Below, in pieces: positions 55,302 through 64,000 of a stretch of DNA of 64,000 nucleotides. This DNA is from an uncultured bacterium (GTDB lineage Bacteria; Krumholzibacteriota; Krumholzibacteriia; JACNKJ01). A program made the translations under genes and the position numbers. Below the pieces are notes generated by a model, which was given only the letters and a program-made list of their open reading frames with translations, was not told the DNA's origin and made no database searches. Where the stretch lies: assembly GCA_964410395.1 (NCBI GenBank), contig CAYPGS010000014.1, positions 11,771 to 75,770 of the forward strand, written 5' to 3'. Position 1 is the first letter of the stretch, and each line of letters begins with the position of its first letter.

Positions 55302-55915
55302 GGCGAGGCCTTCTGATCCTCTCGATGCTGTTGCTGGCATCCGCGTCGGAGGCCCTGAAGCCGAGGCCGGTGGGCGCCGCATCCCGGATGTTCCTGGAAG
55401 GCGGACTCCTCTTCGGCGATGAGACCGAGATTCCCCACTACGAGGAATCGTTCATGCGGATCTTCCTCGAAGCGGGCGCCAACCTGCGCCCCAGCGACGC
55501 GAGGGGAGACAAGCTCGGCCTGATTCTCGGACTGTCCAAGGGTCCCGACGACCTTCGCTACTTCGCGGGTCCCCGCTACTCGAGGCCGGTGGACTCGAAC
55601 TGGAGATTGGAGACGTCGGCGGCCCTGCTCTGGAGCGATCACGACAGCCCCATCAGTTCAGACTTCTTCCATCTCGGCTGGCGCTGGCGAATCGGTCTGA
55701 AAAGCAGGGAGCGCCTGTCGCTCTTCTATGTGCTGGAGCGCATGGACTACGAGGACGAGACCACACCGGAGCCCATGGGAACCATGACCGCGTCATTCGC
55801 GGGTATCGCCTGGCAAGCCGATCCTCCACCGCTTGTGACCACGGCCGTCATGGTTACTCTCGCCGTGTACTGGTTCCGCGCCTCGACCACCGCCTGGATC
55901 GCGCAGGCGAAGTGA
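55298..55915 (+). CDS. Hypothetical exported protein with C-terminal hydrophobic helix
   Basis: Signal-like MRRGLLILSMLLLASASEA and C-terminal LVTTAVMVTLAVYWF. It has a GTGA overlap with the upstream stop. No family was recognised. Confidence 0.55.
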   Translation: MRRGLLILSMLLLASASEALKPRPVGAASRMFLEGGLLFGDETEIPHYEESFMRIFLEAGANLRPSDARGDKLGLILGLSKGPDDLRYFAGPRYSRPVDSNWRLETSAALLWSDHDSPISSDFFHLGWRWRIGLKSRERLSLFYVLERMDYEDETTPEPMGTMTASFAGIAWQADPPPLVTTAVMVTLAVYWFRASTTAWIAQAK

Positions 55916-56430
55916 TGGAGGGCAGGGTGAAGATTCAGTTGCGACATCCCCGGTGGGAAGAGATGAAGCATGTACGAAGGCTCTGGGAGGACCCCGCCAC
56001 CATGGAGGCGGTGGGAGGCGTCTATCGCATGGAAGAGGACGAGGCCCGGCGCTGGTTCGAGAAGGTGGTGGACCCGGGCGATGGAAGCCACTGTTACTTT
56101 CTCGTCTTCGATGAGAAGGGCGAGGCGGTGGGCGAGGTGAGCAGTCACCGCATGGATTCGGAGACCCGAGTGGCCGAGTTCAACATCAAGGTGCTGGCGT
56201 CCCATCGCGGGCGAGGAATCGGCACAGAGGCCATGCGCCAGTTCTTCCGTCACTACTTCCTGGAACTCGATGCCGCAGGTATCGACGATCCGCTCGCGCC
56301 GGCCAATCGTGAAGGGCGACGCCTGCTCGAACGGTTCGGATTCGTCCATGACCCGGCGGTGGAGGACGTCGCCATGATGCGGCTCAACCGGAAACGATAC
56401 CTCGAACTCCATGGCCCCAAGGAGGCTTGA
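55915..56430 (+). CDS. GNAT-family N-acetyltransferase
   Basis: HRGRGIGTEAMRQF acetyl-CoA loop. The ATG overlaps the upstream TGA (TGATG). The ORF track starts at GTG 55912. Confidence 0.8.
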   Translation: MEGRVKIQLRHPRWEEMKHVRRLWEDPATMEAVGGVYRMEEDEARRWFEKVVDPGDGSHCYFLVFDEKGEAVGEVSSHRMDSETRVAEFNIKVLASHRGRGIGTEAMRQFFRHYFLELDAAGIDDPLAPANREGRRLLERFGFVHDPAVEDVAMMRLNRKRYLELHGPKEA

Positions 56431-56470
56431 TGGATAGCATCTGGAGATACGTCCTTCTGGAGGGGGACAA

Positions 56471-56974
56471 GTGAGTCTCGTCATTCGTGCCTACGAGACG
56501 CGCGATCTGGACGCCTGTCGCCAGCTCTGGGTCGATCTCACCGACAGGCATCGCCGGATCTACGAAAGCGACGACATCGGTGGTGAGGATCCGGGGAAGC
56601 AGTTCGATGAGCATCTGAAGCGTTCCGATCTCGCCGGTGTTTGGGTCGCCGAAGAAGAAGGCGAGATACTGGGGCTCATTGGCCTGCTCCACTCCGAGGA
56701 TGAGACCGAGGTGGAGCCAGTCGTCGTCAGGCCCGGACATCGATCCAAGGGGATCGGGAAGCGCCTACTCCAGCGCGCGGCCGAAGAAGCTGCCGCCCGC
56801 GATGTACGCTATCTGAGCATCAAGCCAGTGGCGCGGAACGCGGAGGCGATCGCGCTCTTCACGGCGGAAGGATTCGACATCGTGGGTCACGTTCAACTCC
56901 TCAAGATCCTGAAACCAGGCAAGACCCGGTGGCGGGATGGCCTGGAAATCCACGGTCGCAAGCTGAGGTACTGA
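56471..56974 (+). CDS. GNAT-family N-acetyltransferase
   Basis: VVVRPGHRSKGIGKRLLQRA motif A and a GTG start after GGAGGGGGA. Confidence 0.8.
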   Translation: MSLVIRAYETRDLDACRQLWVDLTDRHRRIYESDDIGGEDPGKQFDEHLKRSDLAGVWVAEEEGEILGLIGLLHSEDETEVEPVVVRPGHRSKGIGKRLLQRAAEEAAARDVRYLSIKPVARNAEAIALFTAEGFDIVGHVQLLKILKPGKTRWRDGLEIHGRKLRY

Positions 56975-56976
56975 TC

Positions 56977-57750
56977 GTGAAGCTCCGTGTGATCCAGTGG
57001 AAGGAGGACGAGCTCGATCGAAAGGCGAAGCCTCTGGTTCTCGCCGGCCATGAGATCGACTCGCGTCCCTTCACCGGACCCTCCTCGCTCAAGGACCTGG
57101 CGGCCCACCCTCCCGATGCCGTCATCATCGATCTGGATCGCGCGCCGTCCCAGGGTCGGGATCTCGCCGTGGCGCTGAAGCATCGGGCCGCCACGAGGTC
57201 CATCCCCCTGGTCATGGCCGGAGGCGAGGCGAAGAAGGTCGCCAAGATCGTCGAGTTGCTTCCGAACCTGACCTACTGCGATTGGTCCCGCGTTCGAGGC
57301 GCGGTGCGGAAGGCGATCAAACAGGATCAATCCACCGATCCCCCCGATTCCGTCTTCGCCGCCTACAAGGGACGTCCGCTCCCGGCCAAGTTGGGTATCA
57401 AACCCAAGGACCGGGTCGCTCTTCTGGGCGCGCCTTCAGGGTTCAAGAAGATCCTCGGCAAGCTACCGCCAGGTGCGAAGCTGGCCGGGCAGGCCCATGG
57501 CCCTTTCTCAGTGGTGCTGCTTTTCGTCAAAACGCGAAAGGCCTTCGAACGGCGCTTTGCCGTGGCGGCCCGCGCCTGCGAGGAGAGGGGGCGTCTCTGG
57601 ATCGTCTGGCCCAAGAAGAGCAGCGGCATGGCGAAGGACATCGATCAGAAAGTCGTCCGGGCCTTCGGCCTGGACGCGGGCTGGGTCGACTTCAAGATCG
57701 TGTCGGTGGATCCCACCTGGACCGCACTCTGTTTCGTGCGCAGAAAGTAA
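56977..57750 (+). CDS. Hypothetical protein: receiver-like N-terminal domain plus DUF3052-like C-terminal domain
   Basis: GTG at 56977, 2 nt after the upstream stop. The C-terminal LGIKPKDRVALLGAP...LWIVWPKKSSG...DFKIVSVDPTWTALCF resembles DUF3052 proteins. Confidence 0.6.
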   Translation: MKLRVIQWKEDELDRKAKPLVLAGHEIDSRPFTGPSSLKDLAAHPPDAVIIDLDRAPSQGRDLAVALKHRAATRSIPLVMAGGEAKKVAKIVELLPNLTYCDWSRVRGAVRKAIKQDQSTDPPDSVFAAYKGRPLPAKLGIKPKDRVALLGAPSGFKKILGKLPPGAKLAGQAHGPFSVVLLFVKTRKAFERRFAVAARACEERGRLWIVWPKKSSGMAKDIDQKVVRAFGLDAGWVDFKIVSVDPTWTALCFVRRK

Positions 57751-57751
57751 G

Positions 57752-57774
57752 ACCCGCGCCGGTAGGGCGCGGGC
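57752..57774. terminator. Bidirectional terminator hairpin
   Basis: CCCGCGCC-ggtag-GGCGCGGG lies between convergent genes (57750 + and 57796 -). Confidence 0.6.
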
Positions 57775-57795
57775 CTCATTCCTCAATCGTTCAAG

Positions 57796-59478
57796 CTACT
57801 TGATCAGGATCATCTTCTGCGTCTGTTCGTGCCGTTCGGTCATCAGCTTGGCCAGATAGACGCCGCTGGCCATGCGATCTCCCGTATCGTCCCTTCCGTC
57901 CCAATCGATGGCGTAGGGGCCGGCCGTCTTGTGCTCATCGAGCAGCACGCGAACGAGTCGTCCCTGCACATCGAAGACTCCGAGCTGCACCTGTCCGGCC
58001 TCGGCCAGATAGAAGCTGAGGGTCGTCTTGGGGTTGAATGGATTGGGATGATTGGCGAAGAGCTCCGTGGCGGCTTCGGGAGTTTCCTTGGGTACCGTGG
58101 TCGCCACGGCGCTGCTCCCGTAGAAGTGCAGGGCCGGTGCGTAGACTTCCACGAGGATCTCGTCGTTGGTGGAATCGCGCATGCGGTACTGCACCTGATC
58201 GATGAGCATGTCCTCCGGTCCGTCATAGCCGAAGAAGCTCGATCCCCAACCTTCCATGGGATCGTAGAGCGGGCTTCCCTGATACCAGTGGACGATCGAC
58301 TCTCCCGCGCAGTAGGGGTGCGGCCAGATGCGTACCGGATTGGAGCAGACCGTGTAGTAGTGGAACTCGGTATCGATCTGTTCCTCGAAGTCCAGGATGG
58401 CGGGAGCGCCAGGATACAGAGCCACCCTGTTCACCGAATGCTCCCGGAATACAGCGTCGAAAGGAACGAAGGCTTCAAGGTAGGTTTCGCTTTGGTCCTC
58501 GTTCCTCATGAGGAAGCAGATCTCGTTGATCTCCTCGTCGACATCGTAGCCGAAGTAGCGATCCGCAGCCCCGTCGGGCCATGGCAGCAGAGCGCTGCCC
58601 TGGTAGTACATGCCGGTCCAGTCGATCACGCCGTCGTTCGCGCCGAGAGACCAGACGCGCACGCCATTCGGATCGCTGGTCGTGTAGTCGAAGAACGAGG
58701 TGATGGTCTCGTTGTAGGACAGCCACTCCTTGGGCTCCCAGTCGAAGTTGAAGTTGCTGAGTCCGTGGGCGTCCCAGTGGTACTCCACCGGCACGAAGCA
58801 CTCGAACACGATTTCGGTCTGATCCTCGTTCCACTGATAGATCCTGATCGCGTCGACCTGCTTCGGACCCTCGTTGAAGAAGAAATAGTGGTCCACGAAG
58901 TCACCGGGCGGAAGGATCAGCGGGCTGCCGCTCGCGTAGTACCCGGAAACCAGCTCCCCGTTGTAGTAGGGGCGGGCGAAGACGTAGCCGGCCTCGTCCG
59001 TGGTGAAATCGTGCGTGATCTCCAGGGCGTTGCCGTACTGGATCCAGGACGGTGTGCTGTGACTGAACCAGAGATTGGTGACGCCCTGCGCGCTGTAGTG
59101 GATCTCCACCGGCAGGAAGAGCTCCATCAGCATCACATCGAACTCTTCGTTCCACAGGCTTATCTGGACCTGGTCGACCAGGACATCGCCGTAGCTGACA
59201 CGACACCAGCTCGTCCCCCAGCCCTCGCCTTGCGGATAGAGAGGCGATCCCTGCCAGGCGTAGCCCGACGTGGGATTCCCGTTCGAGTAGGGAAGCACCA
59301 TGATTCTGCCTCCCGCTGGATCATCGACCTTGTAGCTGAAAGAAACGCCTATGCGATCGGTGTGGCCGAGCCATGCCTGATTGCCCCGATCGATTTGAAT
59401 GTCTCCGAGATAGTTCGCGGCGACGGTACTGGGAATCAGTAAGCAGAACGCCGCTAAGAAAACGACTCCAATCTTCAT
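57796..59478 (-). CDS. Secreted protein of four ~108-aa unassigned repeats plus CTD (paralogue 1)
   Basis: Signal peptide MKIGVVFLAAFCLLIPSTVAA. Four internal repeats each carry ...Y(Q/A)GSPL(Y/L)P..(G/D)...(V/I)D.(V/I)...(W/M)N(E/D)(E/D).... The CTD is NPFNPKTTLSFYL...SGVYLAKL...QKMILIK. Confidence 0.8.
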   Translation of the reverse strand: MKIGVVFLAAFCLLIPSTVAANYLGDIQIDRGNQAWLGHTDRIGVSFSYKVDDPAGGRIMVLPYSNGNPTSGYAWQGSPLYPQGEGWGTSWCRVSYGDVLVDQVQISLWNEEFDVMLMELFLPVEIHYSAQGVTNLWFSHSTPSWIQYGNALEITHDFTTDEAGYVFARPYYNGELVSGYYASGSPLILPPGDFVDHYFFFNEGPKQVDAIRIYQWNEDQTEIVFECFVPVEYHWDAHGLSNFNFDWEPKEWLSYNETITSFFDYTTSDPNGVRVWSLGANDGVIDWTGMYYQGSALLPWPDGAADRYFGYDVDEEINEICFLMRNEDQSETYLEAFVPFDAVFREHSVNRVALYPGAPAILDFEEQIDTEFHYYTVCSNPVRIWPHPYCAGESIVHWYQGSPLYDPMEGWGSSFFGYDGPEDMLIDQVQYRMRDSTNDEILVEVYAPALHFYGSSAVATTVPKETPEAATELFANHPNPFNPKTTLSFYLAEAGQVQLGVFDVQGRLVRVLLDEHKTAGPYAIDWDGRDDTGDRMASGVYLAKLMTERHEQTQKMILIK

Positions 59479-59579
59479 TGCGACCTCCCTTTCACCTCAC
59501 CACCAGCTCGATGGCGGTTAGGGAAGCAGGGGCGGCGGCTGGATCGGAGCACGTATGTCCGAAGAACTGAACTAGAATC

Positions 59580-59585
59580 AGTATA
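59580..59585 (-). promoter_or_regulatory. Candidate -10 (TATACT) inside the motif ATCTATACTGA conserved between the two paralogues
   Basis: The same 11-mer is found upstream of the other paralogue (61494-61504), about 100 nt from the start codon. Confidence 0.35.
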
Positions 59586-59656
59586 GATCGGATGACGGGC
59601 TTGGCTAGCGAGGATGGATCCGTGAAGGCAAGAATGGAATCCACCAGCAATCGATG

Positions 59657-59690
59657 AAATAGGAAACCCGCGCCGGTGGCCGGCGCGGGC
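59657..59690 (-). terminator. Intrinsic terminator after paralogue 2
   Basis: Minus-strand CCCGCGCCGG-cca-CCGGCGCGGG followed by UUUCCUAUUUC. Confidence 0.7.
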
Positions 59691-59709
59691 GATTCATCGA
59701 GCAGGATGG

Positions 59710-61380
59710 CTACTTCATTAAAATCATCTTCTGCGTCTGTTCGTGTTCCTGGGCCACGAATTTGGCCAGGTAGACCCCGCTCGCCACGCGCTCTCCACGT
59801 TCGTCGGTGCCGTTCCATTCGATGACGTGGGGACCGGACAGTTTCTCCTCGTCCAGGAGCTTCTTCACGAGGCGTCCCTGCACGTCGAAGACGGCCAGCT
59901 GCACCCGTCCGGGATCGGCAAGGTGGAAGCTGATGGTCGTCTTCGGATTGAAGGGATTGGGGTAGTTGGCAAGCAGCTTCGTCGCCGCCGGCGAGGATTC
60001 ATCCGGTGCATGGGTCGCCACGGCGCTGGTCCCGTAGAAGTGCATGGCGGGATACCAGGAATATCCGATGTAGGCTTCCTCCACTTCATCCCAGATGGTG
60101 AAGACCGCCTGATCGAGAAGGATCGGATCGGGGCCGTCGTAGGCGAAGAAATTGCTGCCCGATCCCGAGGGCGGAGGATAGAGCGGGCTGCCGCCGGTAC
60201 TCGTGGAGTAGTTACCCTGGGCGACGCCGTAGTTCCAGATGCGAAGGTCGTTGGGACCGGGCGTCGTGTAGTCGAAGTAGGTGTATACGCGCTCCTCGTA
60301 GTCCAGGATCGCCGGAGCGCCTGGTTCCAGCACCACGTTCTGCACCGCATGCTCGCGGAATCCTGCACGGAATGGGATGAAGACCGTGAGGTAGGTCTCG
60401 GTCTGATCCGCGTTCGTCATTTTCAATGCGATCTGATTGATGTCCAGATCGCCGTCGTAACCGAAGTAGCGGTCGGCAGACCCGTAGGGCGCGGGGAGAA
60501 GCGAGCTTCCCTGGTTGTACAGGTCACTCCAGATGATCTGCTCATCCCGGGCGCCGAAAGCCCAGATGCGCACGCCCCCAGGATCGTCCGTCAGGTACTC
60601 GAAGGTGCAGGTGATTGGCTGGCCCCAGCTCAGGACCTGGTCTTCCTCCCAGTCGAAACTCACGTTGAAGATGCCCTGGGAGCCCCAGCCGACGCGATAG
60701 GGCATGGTGCCGCGCCAGAGGGTTTCGGTGTCGTCGAGATTGGTGAACTGGAAGTGGATGGTGTCGGCTTGCTGGTCCTCTTCGTAGACCGTGAAGAAGT
60801 GCGTGGCGCTGCCGCCCGGCGGAAGGATCTCTTCACCGCCGCTGGCGCCGTAGTGGATCAGGTAGTCGTCCCCAGTGCCGAGCCTGGCCCACATGAGGCC
60901 CGGCTCGTCGGTGACGACATCGTGGGTGAACTGCAGGTAGGTGCCGAACTGCAGCACGGAATGCTCGGAGCTGTTCGCCCAGAGATTCGAGATGCCCTTG
61001 GCGCTGATGGTGTAGTCCACCGGTATGTAGAGTTCGAGAAGCAGCTCGCCAAAATCTTCAGTCCACATGGTGATGTGGATCTGGTCCACCAGGGTTTCGC
61101 CGCTGCCGATGAAGCAATACTGGCTGCCGAAGCCTTCACCCTGAGGATAGGTGGGCGAGCCCTGCCAGAAGGCTCCCGGGGCAAGGTATCCATTCAGAAG
61201 GGGCCAGACCTGGAAACGTGCGCCTTCAGCCTGGTCGACCTTGTAGCTGAAAGTCACGTCGATATGCTCGTCATGGGCGATGAGGGCATGGTCGCCCCAA
61301 TTGACGCTCACGTCTCCGATGTAGTTGGCGGAGGCGGTGATGGCGAAGAGGAGGATGCAAAAGAGGATTGTCGTTCTCAT
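59710..61380 (-). CDS. Secreted protein of four ~108-aa unassigned repeats plus CTD (paralogue 2)
   Basis: Same architecture as 57796..59478 (556 aa against 560 aa). The CTD is NPFNPKTTISFHL...SGVYLAKF...QKMILMK. Confidence 0.8.
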   Translation of the reverse strand: MRTTILFCILLFAITASANYIGDVSVNWGDHALIAHDEHIDVTFSYKVDQAEGARFQVWPLLNGYLAPGAFWQGSPTYPQGEGFGSQYCFIGSGETLVDQIHITMWTEDFGELLLELYIPVDYTISAKGISNLWANSSEHSVLQFGTYLQFTHDVVTDEPGLMWARLGTGDDYLIHYGASGGEEILPPGGSATHFFTVYEEDQQADTIHFQFTNLDDTETLWRGTMPYRVGWGSQGIFNVSFDWEEDQVLSWGQPITCTFEYLTDDPGGVRIWAFGARDEQIIWSDLYNQGSSLLPAPYGSADRYFGYDGDLDINQIALKMTNADQTETYLTVFIPFRAGFREHAVQNVVLEPGAPAILDYEERVYTYFDYTTPGPNDLRIWNYGVAQGNYSTSTGGSPLYPPPSGSGSNFFAYDGPDPILLDQAVFTIWDEVEEAYIGYSWYPAMHFYGTSAVATHAPDESSPAATKLLANYPNPFNPKTTISFHLADPGRVQLAVFDVQGRLVKKLLDEEKLSGPHVIEWNGTDERGERVASGVYLAKFVAQEHEQTQKMILMK

Positions 61381-61495
61381 TTCGACCTCGTGGGTTCATC
61401 CAGGGCTACGCGTTAGGAACGGTGGCGACGTCTGGAATAGTGGCAGGGCTAAGTTCTTGATCTCGAATATTATAGCCAAATAGGTCTGAAAAGTC

Positions 61496-61501
61496 AGTAT
61501 A
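61496..61501 (-). promoter_or_regulatory. Candidate -10 (TATACT) in the conserved ATCTATACTGA motif
   Basis: See 59580-59585. It lies about 115 nt upstream of the ATG at 61380. Confidence 0.35.
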
Positions 61502-61518
61502 GATGTATTGATTATCTG

Positions 61519-61548
61519 ACCCCTGGTCGGAGCGACTCGACCAGGGGT
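61519..61548. other. 11-bp perfect stem-loop in a divergent intergenic region
   Basis: ACCCCTGGTCG-gagcgact-CGACCAGGGGT. There is no adjacent T-run on either strand. Confidence 0.3.
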
Positions 61549-61678
61549 GGACGAGGGTTTTCGCTGTCGAGAGGTCCGCGCTTCGGTGCTGATTTCGAGA
61601 TCGCGGAGGGGAATCATGCTTGGAGTCGCCGTCCGCACTCGCTAGTTTACGGGCTGATTCGCTATCCCGGAGGTCTTC

Positions 61679-63772
61679 ATGAAGCGCTCGGCATTCATCA
61701 TCCTGATCACTCTTCCTCTCCTCATCGGTGGTATCGCCGCCGCGGATTCGGTACTGCTCAGCCACGCCATGGAGCTGGAGATGAATCCTTCCAGCCACCA
61801 GGTGAGCGGCTTGGACACATTGACCTTCGATTCGCCCGTCAGCGAGTTCGAGTTCTACCTGCTGGGCAGCTTCACGCCCGTGGCCGATGGAAAACTGACC
61901 GAGATTGCGGAACCGGCGACGGCGGAAGACGGCCCCCACAGCACCGAGGGTGTGACCCTCGCCGAAAGTGGTGAGAGCACGAAACTCTGGCACCTCGAGT
62001 TGGCGAGTCCTTCGAGTGAGGTCATCCTGAAATGGAGCGGCGAGGCCTATCAGGATGTGAGCGGCACCGTCTTCGGTCGCGAGAAGGTGGGCGCCGAGAT
62101 CAACGCCACCGTGGGCGAAGAGGGCGTGTTCCTGTCGGGCGGTCAGGGATGGTACCCCTATGTGGACGGCAGCCTTTACACCCATCGTGTGACCACCCGT
62201 CTTCCCGAGGGCTGGACCAGCCTCACCCAGGGCAAGAAGATCAGCGAGACCACCCAAGATGGATGGACAACCACCGTCTGGAACGCGCCGCGCATCACCG
62301 ACGGACTCAACCTGGCGGCCAACCGGTGGCGCGTGGATACGCGGGTCCACGGCGAGACCCTCATCGAGACCTATTTCTTCCCCGAAGACTCCTCCCTGGT
62401 GGACACCTATCTCGACGAGACGGCCGCCTATCTCGATCTCTACGAATCCTTCCTCTCGCCCTATCCCTACGCCAAGTTCGCCATCGTCGAGAACTTCTTC
62501 CCCACGGGCTACGGAATGCCCGGCTGGACACTCCTGGGCCAGCAGGTGGTGCGCCTTCCCTTCATCGTGAAGACGAGTCTGGGCCATGAGATCGCCCACA
62601 ACTGGTGGGGCAACTCGGTCTTCGTCGGCGAGGGCGGCAACTGGTGCGAGGGACTCACGGTCTATACGGCCGACTACCTCTACAAGGAACGCGAGCACGA
62701 GCACGAGGCGCGCCAGTATCGAAAGAACACGCTCAAGGACTACACACGCTACACCGCCGAGGACGGCATGGACTTCCCGCTCACCGAGTTCGTTTCGCGC
62801 CACAACGCGGCCACCCGCGCGGTGGGATACGGCAAGTCCATGTTCGTCTGGCACATGCTCGAGGAGAAGGTCGGGCGGGAAGCCTTCCGCGCCTCCCTTC
62901 GCCGGGTCATCGAGGGTCGGCAGTGGAGCGAGGCGACCTGGACCGACTTCTTCCGCGCGGCCGAGGTCGAGGCCGGACTGGCCGAGGGCGACCTGGACTA
63001 TCTGCAGGAGCAGTGGGTGGGGCGCGAAGGCGCACCGATGCTCTACGTGGAAGATGTGGAGGACCTCGGCGAGCGTGTCGCCTTCACCCTGCGCCAGGAG
63101 GGCGGCGTCTGGGACCTGGACGTGCCCGTGAGCCTGCAGCACATGCACGACTCCTGCATGTACTGCAACATCAAGACCGTGAAGCTCGACGTGGCCGAGA
63201 AGCGATTCGAACTTCCGAAGCAGGAGTTCCCCGGCATTCTGGAAGTGGATCCCCTCTACAAGGTCTTCCGGCGTCTCCATGAGGAGGAGATGGAGGCTAC
63301 GCTCAGCCTGATTCTCAGCGACGAGGAGCCGCTCTTCGTACTGCAGGACGACCTCGGCGCCGATCTGGATGAATCCTTCCGCGCCTTCGCCGCCAACTGG
63401 GTGGAGGGTGAGCCGAACATCGTCGCGGGCGACGACGCCGCGGCCCGCGAGTCGTCGCGCACGGTGATCTGGCTCGGCAAGACGCCTCCGCCCTTCGCGG
63501 AAACCCCTGAGGCACTTCAGCTCACGCCCTTCTTCACGGTCTTTCATGGACAGCGCCTGGAGCCGGCCACCGGCAGCGTGGTATACTCTCAGAAGCGTGG
63601 ACCCGGTCGGGGTCTCATGGCCGTGATCGCTTCCGAGGGGAAGCAGGTCGGCGCCATCGCGCGCAAAGTGCCCCACTATGGCAAGTACAGTTACCTGGCT
63701 TTCGACAACGGGAAGAATTGCGTGAAGGGCAATTGGTCGGCGGGGAAGAGTCCGCTGGTCGCCCAATGGTAG
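61679..63772 (+). CDS. Peptidase M1 (aminopeptidase N-like) zinc metallopeptidase
   Basis: Signal-like N-terminus. GHEIAHNWWGN (HExxH) followed by WCEGLTVY (distal Glu), and a GxMEN-equivalent GYGMPGW upstream. Confidence 0.88.
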   Translation: MKRSAFIILITLPLLIGGIAAADSVLLSHAMELEMNPSSHQVSGLDTLTFDSPVSEFEFYLLGSFTPVADGKLTEIAEPATAEDGPHSTEGVTLAESGESTKLWHLELASPSSEVILKWSGEAYQDVSGTVFGREKVGAEINATVGEEGVFLSGGQGWYPYVDGSLYTHRVTTRLPEGWTSLTQGKKISETTQDGWTTTVWNAPRITDGLNLAANRWRVDTRVHGETLIETYFFPEDSSLVDTYLDETAAYLDLYESFLSPYPYAKFAIVENFFPTGYGMPGWTLLGQQVVRLPFIVKTSLGHEIAHNWWGNSVFVGEGGNWCEGLTVYTADYLYKEREHEHEARQYRKNTLKDYTRYTAEDGMDFPLTEFVSRHNAATRAVGYGKSMFVWHMLEEKVGREAFRASLRRVIEGRQWSEATWTDFFRAAEVEAGLAEGDLDYLQEQWVGREGAPMLYVEDVEDLGERVAFTLRQEGGVWDLDVPVSLQHMHDSCMYCNIKTVKLDVAEKRFELPKQEFPGILEVDPLYKVFRRLHEEEMEATLSLILSDEEPLFVLQDDLGADLDESFRAFAANWVEGEPNIVAGDDAAARESSRTVIWLGKTPPPFAETPEALQLTPFFTVFHGQRLEPATGSVVYSQKRGPGRGLMAVIASEGKQVGAIARKVPHYGKYSYLAFDNGKNCVKGNWSAGKSPLVAQW

Positions 63773-63785
63773 AGATCTCGGACCC

Positions 63786-64000
63786 ATGATCGGACTACGA
63801 CGAATCGGAATCCTGCTCGCACTGCCGCTGCTGGCGGCATGTGCATCCCAGCGCGCGCGCGGTCCATCGGTGGACGGCGCGCTTCTGCGTCTGGAGTATC
63901 GAGAGCACGCCTCGCTGCTGCCGAATCTGCGGCTCGATGGCGTGCAGCTGCAGGTTAGCAGTCGCCTGGGTCGCACCAGCACCGTGGTCTGGCACTTCCA
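63786..64000 (+). CDS. Lipoprotein, N-terminal fragment (continues beyond window)
   Basis: ATG at 63786 opens MIGLRRIGILLALPLLAACASQRARG... (lipobox LLAAC), with the frame open to the window end. It is not in the ORF track because no stop is reached. Confidence 0.5.
   Translation, partial: MIGLRRIGILLALPLLAACASQRARGPSVDGALLRLEYREHASLLPNLRLDGVQLQVSSRLGRTSTVVWHF

Overview
GC-rich (by eye above 60 %) bacterial chromosomal segment, densely coding on both strands, about 55 genes. I recognised no rRNA, tRNA, CRISPR array, transposase, integrase or phage gene. All family calls come from motif recognition in the supplied translations; no searches were run.

Content:
(1) A dense secretome. Nine ORFs end in the same ~75-aa FlgD-Ig / Por-secretion-tail-like C-terminal domain (CTD: NPFNPxT ... 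SG(V/I)Y(F/L) ... KxxLL(K/R)-stop). They are a 5'-truncated multicopper oxidase, a disrupted CotH/beta-helix/lamin-tail protein, two C25 gingipain-like peptidases, two M14 carboxypeptidases, a BNR/sialidase-like protein, and two paralogues built from four copies of an unassigned ~108-aa repeat. An M1 aminopeptidase and two near-identical Cys-rich 219-aa secreted proteins are also present.
(2) Central and amino-acid metabolism: tandem GAPDH genes (one with a degenerate active site), a fused butyrate kinase-phosphotransbutyrylase, GdhA, an ALDH7-type dehydrogenase, a MetY-like PLP enzyme and ATP-PEPCK.
(3) Metal and anion uptake: a TonB-dependent receptor with two HmuY-like lipoproteins, ZnuA/ZnuB-like ABC parts with His-rich envelope partners but no ATPase, DtxR-FeoA/FeoB, Na/Pi-PhoU and ModABC.
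(4) A string of small detoxification/acetyltransferase genes.

Non-coding signals: extended -10 promoters (TGnTAnAAT), many GC-hairpin intrinsic terminators, a covarying double-hairpin inverted-repeat element behind four protease genes, heptanucleotide (GCTGGNN)n tracts directly behind two stop codons, a DtxR-type operator and a Pho-box-like direct repeat.

The candidates I consider most novel are the two tandem families of uncharacterised secreted proteins (45.2-46.8 kb and 57.8-61.4 kb), the GAPDH pseudo-enzyme pair, the His-rich metal operon and the 3' double-hairpin element. Taxonomy (an uncultured FCB-related or Eisenbacteria/Krumholzibacteriota/Gemmatimonadota-like lineage) is only an inference from CTD type and GC content.
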